NCBI GenBank assembly: GCA_965222115.1
Contig: CBDCTJ010000007.1
Span: forward strand, 416,001-480,000
Origin: Planctomycetota bacterium
GTDB lineage: Bacteria; Planctomycetota; PLA2; JAEUHO01
DNA length: 64,000 bases
Direction of reading: 5' to 3'
The notes beneath the pieces were generated by a model. It did not search any database. It saw nothing but the letters and a program-made list of their open reading frames with translations, and was not told where the DNA came from. The position numbers and the translations under genes were made by a program. Positions 20,201 through 29,900 of the stretch are shown in pieces (within the stretch, counting starts at the first letter, position 1; the number at the start of each line of letters is the position of its first letter).

Positions 20201-22285
20201 ATGACATCGGGCCAAGCCCCCACCACCTTTCGGGGTCTTTCGCTCTTTCCGTTTCAACAGAAGGCGGTGCAGTCGGTCTTTTCGGGCCACAACGTGATGG
20301 TGGCGGCCCCTACCGGTGCCGGAAAAACGCTTGTGGCCGACTACGCCATCGAGCAGGCGATGGGGCGCGGCGCGCGCGTCATGTACACGAGCCCCATCAA
20401 GGCGCTCTCCAATCAAAAGTACCGCGACTTTCGCAAGCATTACGGATCCGAACGTGTGGGACTGATGACGGGCGACGTCACCATGGGCGCCGACGCACCG
20501 CTTATCATCATGACCACGGAGATCTTTCGCAATACGATCTTTGAAGATCCGGAACGCCTCAAGCCCTTCGACTTTGTGATCTTTGATGAAGTGCACTACA
20601 TGGATGACCGCGAACGCGGTACCGTATGGGAAGAGGCAATGATCTACGCGCCCAAGCACATTCGCATTGTGGCGCTCTCCGCCACCATTCCCAACGTTGA
20701 TGAACTTGCGGGATGGCTGTCGTGGGTGCGCGATGTCAAGACCGACGTGATCCTTGAAGACAAACGCCCGGTCCCACTCACGCACCATGTGTGGGTACCC
20801 GGGCGCGGTCCCAAAAACTTGCGCGGCGTCAAGCGACACTTCCAAGAAATGGGGCGCCAGCGGGATCACCACAATCCAGGAGGACGAGGCGGTCGAGGCG
20901 AGCGCGGGGGCGGTCGATCGGCGCGCCGACGACAGATGCACATCCTCGATGAGGCCAGCTACAAGCTCTTGGATCATCTCGAACGCAAACAGCTGCTACC
21001 TGCCATCTACTTCTGCTTCAGTCGACGCGACTGCGAAAACATGGCGGAACGCAATGCGCACCGCCGCCTTCTAAAACCCCACGAAATTGGGAAGATGGAA
21101 CAACTCTTTGACGACTTGGCGCGACGCTACGAAGTCAGCGATTCCGATGACACGTTGCGTCTGCGAAATCTCGCGCGGCGCGGCGTGCTCTACCACCACG
21201 CGGGCATGCTGCCCATCGACAAAGAGATTGTGGAACGCTTGTTTGCCACGGGCCTCGTCAAACTACTCTTTGCCACCGAGACGTTTGCGGTGGGTGTTAA
21301 TATGCCCGCGCGAACCGTGTGCTTTCACGCACTTACCAAGTACGACGGCATCTCTCGCCGCCCCATGATGGGACGCGAGTATTGGCAAATGGCGGGACGC
21401 GCCGGGCGACAGGGGATTGACACCGAGGGCCACGTGTTCTCGTTACTTGACGACTTGGATGTCAGCTACGACAACATCGCCTACCTGCACAGTGGCCGTG
21501 CCGAACCCGTACGCAGCCGATTCAATCTTAACTACTCGGCGATTCTCAATCTTTGGCAACGTTTGGGTGAACGCGTGCCCGAGTCGTGGGAACGATCGTT
21601 TGCGCGTTACCAGGCGAGTGGATCGAAGACCTCGGTATCAAATCGATCGTCCGGCAAACGCAAGCGCCGCCCTCGGAAAAAAACCAAGGGCGCAAAGCCA
21701 ATGCAACAGGGCACTGAAAAAATCCGTGCGCGCATTCGTGTCCTGCGCGACATGCATTATTTGGCCGATGGGGGATGGACACGCAAGGGCCAACTGTGCG
21801 CGCGCATCAATGGGTATGAGATTGCCATGACCGAAGCCTACGAAGGCGGATGGCTGTTTCGCTGTGACCCCATTCAGGCGGCCATGTTGGTGGCATCGAT
21901 GGTGTACGAAGCGCGGCCATCGGATGCGGCGGAGCGCCCCACCAAGTCGCTCAAGGGTATCGCCAAGCCGTTCACCGCATGCATGGCGACATTCGCGCGA
22001 ACAGAACAACACCACGGACTGCATCACACCACACGGGGACCCGACTTTGGCATGGCAGGCCTCGTTCAACGCTTTGCCGAGGGCATGTCCTTTGAATCAC
22101 TTGCCGACCATACGAATATGCGGGCGGGTGACATGGTGCGGGTTCTGCGTATGACGATTCAGTTGCTGCGTCAAACGGCACACGCATTGCCGAAGGGCGA
22201 TCCCTGCATCGCCGTGTTGCGCGAGGCCCAGAACCGATTGGACCGCGACGTGGTGGATGCCAAGCGGCAGCTCGAGCTGGGTTAG
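20201..22285 (+). CDS. helY: Ski2-like DEAD/DEAH RNA helicase (HelY-like, DSHCT C-terminus)
   Basis: APTGAGKT, PIKALSNQK, DEVH, SAT, HHAGM, QMAGRAGR, GDMVR. Confidence 0.9.
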   Translation: MTSGQAPTTFRGLSLFPFQQKAVQSVFSGHNVMVAAPTGAGKTLVADYAIEQAMGRGARVMYTSPIKALSNQKYRDFRKHYGSERVGLMTGDVTMGADAPLIIMTTEIFRNTIFEDPERLKPFDFVIFDEVHYMDDRERGTVWEEAMIYAPKHIRIVALSATIPNVDELAGWLSWVRDVKTDVILEDKRPVPLTHHVWVPGRGPKNLRGVKRHFQEMGRQRDHHNPGGRGGRGERGGGRSARRRQMHILDEASYKLLDHLERKQLLPAIYFCFSRRDCENMAERNAHRRLLKPHEIGKMEQLFDDLARRYEVSDSDDTLRLRNLARRGVLYHHAGMLPIDKEIVERLFATGLVKLLFATETFAVGVNMPARTVCFHALTKYDGISRRPMMGREYWQMAGRAGRQGIDTEGHVFSLLDDLDVSYDNIAYLHSGRAEPVRSRFNLNYSAILNLWQRLGERVPESWERSFARYQASGSKTSVSNRSSGKRKRRPRKKTKGAKPMQQGTEKIRARIRVLRDMHYLADGGWTRKGQLCARINGYEIAMTEAYEGGWLFRCDPIQAAMLVASMVYEARPSDAAERPTKSLKGIAKPFTACMATFARTEQHHGLHHTTRGPDFGMAGLVQRFAEGMSFESLADHTNMRAGDMVRVLRMTIQLLRQTAHALPKGDPCIAVLREAQNRLDRDVVDAKRQLELG

Positions 22286-22292
22286 CGTACGT

Positions 22293-22324
22293 TAGCCCGG
22301 ATTGTTCATGAATAGTCCGGGCTA
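22293..22324. repeat. Palindrome, family A
   Basis: TAGCCCGGATTGTTCA/TGAATAGTCCGGGCTA, 14/16 complementary, with the same arms as 9464-9521. Confidence 0.75.
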
Positions 22325-22359
22325 GAGACCTCGGTTGAATCCGCGGCTACACTAGATCA

Positions 22360-24351
22360 ATGCCTCCGTCACGCTCTCGTCGTCGCTCGTCACGCCGTTC
22401 CTCTCGTCGCACTCGTATCGTCAAGGGGACCCCACCCAACTCGGTAGCTCGCGGTGATTCTTCCGGTGACGCAGGTCAACCCAAGAAGGACGCAGCCACA
22501 GGGAAAAAACTCGGACGCTGCACGCTAATCGAACGCATCGGTCGCGGCAACACGGCGATTGTCTATCGCGCGCACTACGAACCACTCGACCAAGAGGTCG
22601 CCGTCAAGATCTTGCTGCCCTCGATTAGCAGCAACGAGACTCTCGTAGATCGGTTCCTCACCGAAGCACGAACGATTGCGAAGATCGATAACGAAAACGT
22701 CGTCAAGATCTACGACGTGGGCGAAGAGGACGGCAACTACTTCATGGTGATGGAGTTGCTCGAAGGCGAAGAGACCATGGATCTCATTCGTCGCGAAGGC
22801 ATGGTGGACGTGACCGACTCGCTGCGCATTGTGCGTCAAGCCGCGCGCGGCTTGGCGGCTGCTCATGGCAAGGGCCTCATTCACCGCGACATCAAACCGC
22901 AAAACCTTTACCTGAAGGACGACGGTACGGTCAAGGTCGTAGACTTTGGGTTGGCGGGCAACGTGGATGGCGACACAGAACGCGTCGGCACGCCGCACTA
23001 CATGGCGCCGGAAGTGTGTGAGACCGGAAAGGCCGAGCTTGCGAGCGACGTATACGCGCTTGGCATTTGTCTCCACCACTTGCTTACAGGGCAACCGCCG
23101 TTCGCTGGTATGCGTTTGCAAGAAATCTTGCGTGCACACATGAATGCGCCGCCCATACGACCAGAGGCCACACGCCCCACACTAACCAAAGACATTTGCG
23201 AGCTGGTGCGCGAACTCACAAAGCGCGATCCGTTGCTGCGACCCTCCGCCGCTGAAGTCGTCACGAAACTGGACGAAATCGGTGGTAACGCGCTCAAGGA
23301 CAAAGGCACACTCGTTCGACGTCGTTCCGGTGGTGCGCTGCGTGCCGCCCGAAGGAAGAAGAGTTCGGCAACGCCTATCATTGCCGGGGCCGTTGTCTTG
23401 GGTCTCGCTGGACTATTTTTCGCGTTCAGCGGTGATGACTCGAAGGGTTCATCGAAGACAAAGAAAGAAGACACTTCCGGCGCCTCCGCAAGCGACCCAT
23501 CTTCAGGAAGCCCAGGCGGCATGAGCGATGCCGAAGCCTTGGCCGCCGCCCGTGCGAAAAAGAAAGCCGAAGAAGCCGCATACCAGAAAAGACAAGAGGC
23601 CGAAGCCAAAGTCGCGTTTGAAGAAACAGAAGACGAGGTACGAAAGCTCTGGAAAACCGAGGACGACAACAAGGACGTCATCACGCGCTACCGTTTTGTC
23701 GCCGATCGCTACAAGGGCACGGAATACGGCAAGAAAGCAAAGAAGCGGGCCAGGGCGATCCGCAAAGGCGAGGTTCATCCCCACCCCGACAAGACCTACG
23801 CGTCAGACACGGAAGTCAAGAGCGCGCAACAAGCGTGGTCCGACGCCAAGCCCAAGATCGACACCGCCATTGCCGCCCACAACTACATGGGTGCACGCAA
23901 ACTTGTTCCGGCCAGTGTAAACGACGCAACCGGTGCACTCGCGCGTGAGATCGAATTCTGGGCTACGCACTGCGACCGCCTCGCCGCGTGGAAGTCCTTC
24001 GTCATGACATCGCTCGCCAAGAGAGCCAAGGCCGGCGCGCTAGCATTCACGGTCAAAGGCGACACACTCACCTTGAAGTCACTCACGCCCAAAGCCGTGA
24101 ACGCCCTCCACGATGGCGACAAAGTCACGCTCGCCTGGGCCGACGTTCCAGCGTCTGAATGGGAACAGTTGGCAAGCCACGTGCCCGACGCCGACGTGTT
24201 CAAGAACAAATTGTTGCGCTATGCCTTCTGCTTCTCTCACGACCTCGAAGAGCCCTTTTCCAACCATTATCTCGAGCTCAGTCTTGCCTCGGAATACAAG
24301 GATCACAAAGCAGAAATCGAGGACTATGCCAAGCGGTATGAGAATAAGTAG
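22360..24351 (+). CDS. Membrane Ser/Thr protein kinase
   Basis: IGRGNT, VAVK, HRDIKPQN, DFG, GTPHYMAPE, a single TM helix and a helical extracytoplasmic part. Confidence 0.92.
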   Translation: MPPSRSRRRSSRRSSRRTRIVKGTPPNSVARGDSSGDAGQPKKDAATGKKLGRCTLIERIGRGNTAIVYRAHYEPLDQEVAVKILLPSISSNETLVDRFLTEARTIAKIDNENVVKIYDVGEEDGNYFMVMELLEGEETMDLIRREGMVDVTDSLRIVRQAARGLAAAHGKGLIHRDIKPQNLYLKDDGTVKVVDFGLAGNVDGDTERVGTPHYMAPEVCETGKAELASDVYALGICLHHLLTGQPPFAGMRLQEILRAHMNAPPIRPEATRPTLTKDICELVRELTKRDPLLRPSAAEVVTKLDEIGGNALKDKGTLVRRRSGGALRAARRKKSSATPIIAGAVVLGLAGLFFAFSGDDSKGSSKTKKEDTSGASASDPSSGSPGGMSDAEALAAARAKKKAEEAAYQKRQEAEAKVAFEETEDEVRKLWKTEDDNKDVITRYRFVADRYKGTEYGKKAKKRARAIRKGEVHPHPDKTYASDTEVKSAQQAWSDAKPKIDTAIAAHNYMGARKLVPASVNDATGALAREIEFWATHCDRLAAWKSFVMTSLAKRAKAGALAFTVKGDTLTLKSLTPKAVNALHDGDKVTLAWADVPASEWEQLASHVPDADVFKNKLLRYAFCFSHDLEEPFSNHYLELSLASEYKDHKAEIEDYAKRYENK

Positions 24352-24387
24352 TAACGCCGTATGGCGTTCCTTTCCGTAGACGCCTAG

Positions 24388-25011
24388 TTATCGGTCCGAG
24401 AGCGCTTGCAGCAACGGGTGAGTGGCATCAGGCCCAACAAGCACTCGCGGCACGTCGTCTGCAAACGGGGTGAAGGGCCACGTAGGCATCTCGATTCCCA
24501 ACTGCTCCCATGAAAGGAATGAGACGGAGCCCTTCTTCCAGCCAACGATGATTCCATCAGACCGGGAGAGGTCGGCGATCCATGGTGTGCCGTATCCCTC
24601 AACGGCGCCTGCGTTTGGATCTCGAGGTCCCACATACCCCGTTAGATGAGGGAATCGACGAGTCTTCAAGCTCTCCCACGTCACCTGCTCATACGCACTC
24701 GGCGGCGGTAGCTTTGAGCCAGGCGGCCAGTGACATTGGATGTCGTGCGGCTTGTTGGGGCTAAGCCTGCCATTTGCCATCGCCGTGAGAATGAAGTTCT
24801 TGCCCGTGTGTTGCGGGATCCGTTTCAGGTACCGGTCCAGGTCGCTTCGCACGCAAATGAGCAGCCATTTGATGTGGTCTTCTGACTTCGACCTAGAGAC
24901 CGCAAGGTTCATGCGCGTGAATTGATGCTGCAAGTACGCCCCGCCTAGGGCGAGAATAAGCAGGATCACTACAATCACATGAGAACGGCGCACGGCCAAT
25001 GAGCATACCAC
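24388..25011 (-). CDS. Hypothetical pseudopilin-like protein
   Basis: Hydrophobic N-terminal helix. The C-terminal GIIVGWKKGSVSF resembles a degenerate H-X9-DG motif. Confidence 0.5.
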   Translation of the reverse strand: MVCSLAVRRSHVIVVILLILALGGAYLQHQFTRMNLAVSRSKSEDHIKWLLICVRSDLDRYLKRIPQHTGKNFILTAMANGRLSPNKPHDIQCHWPPGSKLPPPSAYEQVTWESLKTRRFPHLTGYVGPRDPNAGAVEGYGTPWIADLSRSDGIIVGWKKGSVSFLSWEQLGIEMPTWPFTPFADDVPRVLVGPDATHPLLQALSDR

Positions 25012-25078
25012 CGACCGTTATGGAGCACCGTTGCCGACACATTTGTTGCGGCAGGCTGGGCTAGAATGCGCTCGTGCG

Positions 25079-26464
25079 TTACAATGCAAGCTGCCACTGG
25101 AAGCGCAAGAGCGTTGCACTGTCTTCGTTGGCCACGAGCCCGCCGTATCCGGGGTAGCGATCGAAGATCAAGAAGCCTTGATCCTCGACGTCAATGAGCG
25201 CCACGTCGGCTTGGAACTTGGCGCCGTGGAAGTTGAGGTAGTAGTTGATGCCGAACGCCAACTCGGTAGCAGACCCGTCACCTAAGATGTCGCCATCCGT
25301 GTCGTAGCTGCTGTAGCGCGCTGCAACTTCCCATGCGGTGCCAGGGAAGTGATAACCCATCTGTACTAAGAATGCCGTGCTGTCATCATCCAAGGTGACC
25401 GCACTCGCAGGTACCGTAGGCACGTCCGAGTCGTTGATGGACGAATAGGCACTGGTAAATGAGAAGCCACCATAGCCAAGGGCAAGGTCCACGCCCCACC
25501 GCAAGTAGTCGCCTTGACCCTCGTGGGGGTTGTCCACGCGGTCGGCGTAGTAAAAGCCCCATGCGCCAACTTCGCCATACCACCCACAGGTTTCCTGCGA
25601 CAACGCACCTTCTTGGTAGCCAATGGGCTTTAGGAACGCCCAGTTGAGGCGTCCGCTAAACGCCAGGTTGTCGGACGTGCGCGTATCAATCACGTTGCGA
25701 ATCGAATCGCCGCCATCACCGTTGGTGACCGCAAACATGTAGCTGAACTCGGTGTTGCAGCCGAATGCGCCGTGGATCATGATGCCGTGATCGCGGTTGC
25801 GGTCGGTGTAACCCGGCAGGTTGAGCCCTACGAACGAGCTATAGAGCGAGATATCGACAAACTGCTGGAGTTCGGGCGCCACCATCAACTGACGCGTCGT
25901 GGGCAACCCAATCTGACCCATGCGAATGTTGAAGGCATCGCACTTGCCCCACTCGATCCACGCTTCGCGCGTATTGTCAAAGTTGTCGGACTGGTGCGTG
26001 GGCCCTAGGTTGAGCGGTTGCAACGCCGGGTTGACTGGGATCAACGTCTGAGGCGCGACGTCGCGACCGAAGTGACCGAAGTCCAACTCCATGTATGCGC
26101 GCAGGTTGCAAGGCGCCTCGAGCGAGAATTTGAGCGTGGCGCGCGGAAGGGAGAAGCCGGACAAATCCCCGCCCGCCGATTCCACATCGTCCCAATCCAT
26201 CGCTTCGAATCGCGCTTGCAAGGTGGCGTTCATGCGCAACATGAAATCGCCGCCTCGAATCCAGAATCCCCGGTCGTAGCCCGCCGTACCCGGACCACCC
26301 ACCAGTGATACGTCGTCGTCCGTCTGGAGATACTCATCCACAGCCGACTCGATGTCCCGCGCGCTGAGTTCACCATCGGCCCAGGCAGGCGCCGCATACG
26401 CGACCGCCGCGAGACCAACTGCCATCAACGCCACAAACTTGCTCGACATGCTCAACTTCGACAC
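25079..26464 (-). CDS. OprO/OprP-type porin
   Basis: Signal peptide (AWA), GYDRGFWI, LQARF, NIRMGQ, amphipathic strands, C-terminal FQWQLAL. GGAGG before GTG 26464. Confidence 0.85.
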   Translation of the reverse strand: MSKLSMSSKFVALMAVGLAAVAYAAPAWADGELSARDIESAVDEYLQTDDDVSLVGGPGTAGYDRGFWIRGGDFMLRMNATLQARFEAMDWDDVESAGGDLSGFSLPRATLKFSLEAPCNLRAYMELDFGHFGRDVAPQTLIPVNPALQPLNLGPTHQSDNFDNTREAWIEWGKCDAFNIRMGQIGLPTTRQLMVAPELQQFVDISLYSSFVGLNLPGYTDRNRDHGIMIHGAFGCNTEFSYMFAVTNGDGGDSIRNVIDTRTSDNLAFSGRLNWAFLKPIGYQEGALSQETCGWYGEVGAWGFYYADRVDNPHEGQGDYLRWGVDLALGYGGFSFTSAYSSINDSDVPTVPASAVTLDDDSTAFLVQMGYHFPGTAWEVAARYSSYDTDGDILGDGSATELAFGINYYLNFHGAKFQADVALIDVEDQGFLIFDRYPGYGGLVANEDSATLLRFQWQLAL

Positions 26465-26921
26465 GGGACCCTCCAAAACGGCAGGCACACACGCCCGTTG
26501 GCGCGGCCTGGCATCCTGCGACCTCTCTTTCCTTGAAGTCGGTCACTTCGAGGGCATCTGTTAGTGCAAACAGAAATAGTCATTTTGGGCGAATTACATA
26601 CAAACATCGCAATTCTGGACCAAAGCAAGCAAATGACGGCTCGGGCGAATATTCAGTGGGCGAATTGAGGACCGAAAACGACCCGCCACGATGAAATGCA
26701 GGTCTGCGCGGCACGTCCGAACGCCGACTGTTTGTGTTGGGCGACGATTCAAAAACGACACGCGATGTGCCAGGTTCCACGGGCTGTGACAAGCTGCTCT
26801 TAGATACCCGCCTCGCGCGTCTTGCAACTCATCGACGGGACTGACTAGACGTCTATGGCGACGTCACGATCCCACCTCGACGTGAGCGATTCGTCCCTGC
26901 CTTCTCGGTCTTCCTTCTCGC

Positions 26922-29900
26922 TTGAACGGAGAACTCGCCGTGCGCCATTTCCCCTCGCTTTCACTTCGCCACCTCAGTTGCGTCCTTGTCCTCGCTGCAC
27001 TAACCGCGTGTGGCGGGCCGTCGGGTGGACCGACCAACGCACTCATCGGCGACGGTCCTACCTTGGCCATGCCCGATCTCGTCGGCGATCTCAACGCCAA
27101 CGGCCTGCCCGATACCGACGACATCGTGTCGGGCTTTAGTGACGACGACAACGGCAACGGCATTGTCGATGAGGTGGAAGCCGACTGCGACAACAACGGC
27201 ACCCTGGACGGTCGGATCAACCAAGGCAGCGTGTTCGACGACGCCGACTTTGATGGTGAGCGCGATGCAGGAGAAGCGGGCATCGCAGGCATTACGGTTG
27301 AACTCTATGACCGCGACGGCAACGTTGTCGCAAATACAACAACCGACGCGAACGGCGACTGGTCGGTTGCGAATCAAGCCACGTTCTGGGGACTGCGCAT
27401 TGAGTTTTCGGGTTGGGCCCCACCGTTACTGCCGAGCATTGTAGGCATCGACAACGGCAGCAGCATTCAAACGGTGATTGGATCGAACTGCAATACGAGC
27501 TTCGCGCTCCACACGCCCGCCATATGCGACTTCTCCGATGGCAAGGGGCGCTTGGCCACACCGTGCTACTTGGGCGGGGATGCAAGCGGTTCAACGGAAC
27601 CGGCGATTGTGAGTTTCGACGTGACAGCCGAAGGCATACCGGCACAATACGGCGGCACGGGGCAAAATCCGAGCAACGACGCGAGCTATGCCAATGTCGG
27701 TAGCGTGTGGGGACTGGCCTACGAACCCGGTACGAAGCGTTTGTTCGCCTCCGCCCTCCTCAAGCGTCATACCAACCTCGGTCCCCAGGGGATGGGCGGT
27801 ATCTACGTCATCGATTACAGCGGCGCATCCCCCGTCATCAGTTCTTCCTTTTCCCTACAGGGGTTTCTGCCTGCCAATGGCGGCGCCGCCATCAACCTCG
27901 GTTCGGTCACGCGCACGGCCACAGGTGACAATGCATTGGTTGCGCTACCTGCACTTGGCATCGACATAGACGCCTTTCCCAAGGTCGCCAAGAACGGCTA
28001 CGGAGACATCGACTTCGCGGAAAACAACACGGCCTTGTGGCTGGTCAATCTCAATCAGCAAGCGCTGATCCGTATCGACCTAAGCGTTCCGAGCAACATC
28101 CCGCCAACACCGGCGTCGGTCCAGCAGTTCCCTTTGGCGGGCATTCCCGGGTTGCCCACATGTACCAACGGCGTTTTTCGTCCGTGGGCACTCAAGTTTC
28201 AAGGGGGCGCGGGGTACTTGGGCGGTGTTTGTTCCGCGGAAAGCCCGGGCGGCACATCGGCCAATCTTCAAGCTCACGTACTTCGCTTCAATCCCACCAA
28301 TATCGGCGCGGGCTTTACCTCGGTGCTCTCCTTCCCCCTCAACTATCCACGCGAAGCGGCGGCCGAACCTGGTACGCCGGGCCTGTTTCCAGGCAACTGG
28401 ATGCCGTGGACCGATTCGTGGAGTGCTATCACACTAAATGGCAGTGGCGGTCCCGGCATTACGGTCGGCACATGGCCCCAGCCAATTTTGAGCGACATTG
28501 AGTTCGATGACAACGGCAACATGATCCTCGGGTTCTCGGATCGATTTGGTCATCAACAAGGCGACCTGCACTTGGAGCCCACCTCCGGTGCCACCGAGAT
28601 CATCGGCGTCTTCGCTGCGGGCGACACCATTCATGCGTGCTTCAACGCTGGCACCGGCGCGTTTGCATTGGAGGGCACGCCCCTTTGTCCGGTATCCGAT
28701 CCCGATGGCTTTGGTGGTGCCAGCGGCACACCGGCTACACCGGTTGGTGAGTTCTACTTTGACGACTCGTTGACGCCGTCCCACCTCGAAGTAAGTACAG
28801 GCGGTTTGGCGAATCTGCCGGGCCTTGGGGAAATCGCAACGACAGCCTACGACCCGGTCAGTCAAGTGTTCTCAAGCGGGATTCACTGGTACTCCACGAC
28901 TACGGGCGGCGTTACGCAACAGTACCAAATCACCGATGGCGGCGTCGCCCAACGTGAAAACAACTTTGGTAAGGGCATTGGTCTGGGCGACTTGGAGCTT
29001 CTTTGCGCCGCGCCGCCGCTTGAGATTGGCAACTGTGTCTTCGTCGACGCCAACGAAACAGGCTTGCAGGAGCCGGCCGACCCACCGCTTGCTGGCGTAA
29101 CCGTTGAACTTTGGTTGAGCGGCGCGCAAGTAGCCACCACCACCACCGATGCGCTGGGCAAGTACGTTTTTAATGGCGACAACGTGACCGGTGGACTGAT
29201 TGAGAACAACGCGAACTACGAAGTGCGCATCGACTTGGCGGGCGCCGCCTTGGCAGGGTACTCACCCGCCGTCGCCAATGCACCCGGTAGCGACCTCATC
29301 GACAGCGATGGCGACGCGACCATAGCTGCGGGCTATGTCACCGCCCCGGTAACGCCGCTCCTGCGCAGTGAAGCCAATCACAGCTATGACTTTGGATTTG
29401 TCTCGGACGCCACCATTGGTGACCTGGTGTGGAACGACACCAACAGCAACGGTACTCAGGATCCCGGTGAGAGCGGCATCCCCAATGTGGTGCTCACGCT
29501 TTGTGCACCGGGTACGGACGGCATCTGCGAAACGCCGGATGACATTGAAATTGCCACGCAGTTTACGGATGCGAATGGCGCTTATGATTTCACCAATGTG
29601 TTGCCTGGCACCTACTGCGTAAAGGTGGATGACAACACCATTCCTCCGGGATTGATTCACTCCACGGGCAACGACCCGGCCACGATTGTCATCACACCGG
29701 GACTTGACTACAACGCCGCGGACTTTGGGTACGCACCGCCTGCAAGCATTGGTGACCGCGTCTACCGCGACGACAACGGCAACGCGTTGCAGGACGGTGG
29801 CGAACCGGCGCTACCTGGCATTGACGTGGTGCTTAGCACCTCGGGGCCAGACAACGTATGCGGCACGGCGGACGATGTAGAGATTGCCCGCGTTACTACC

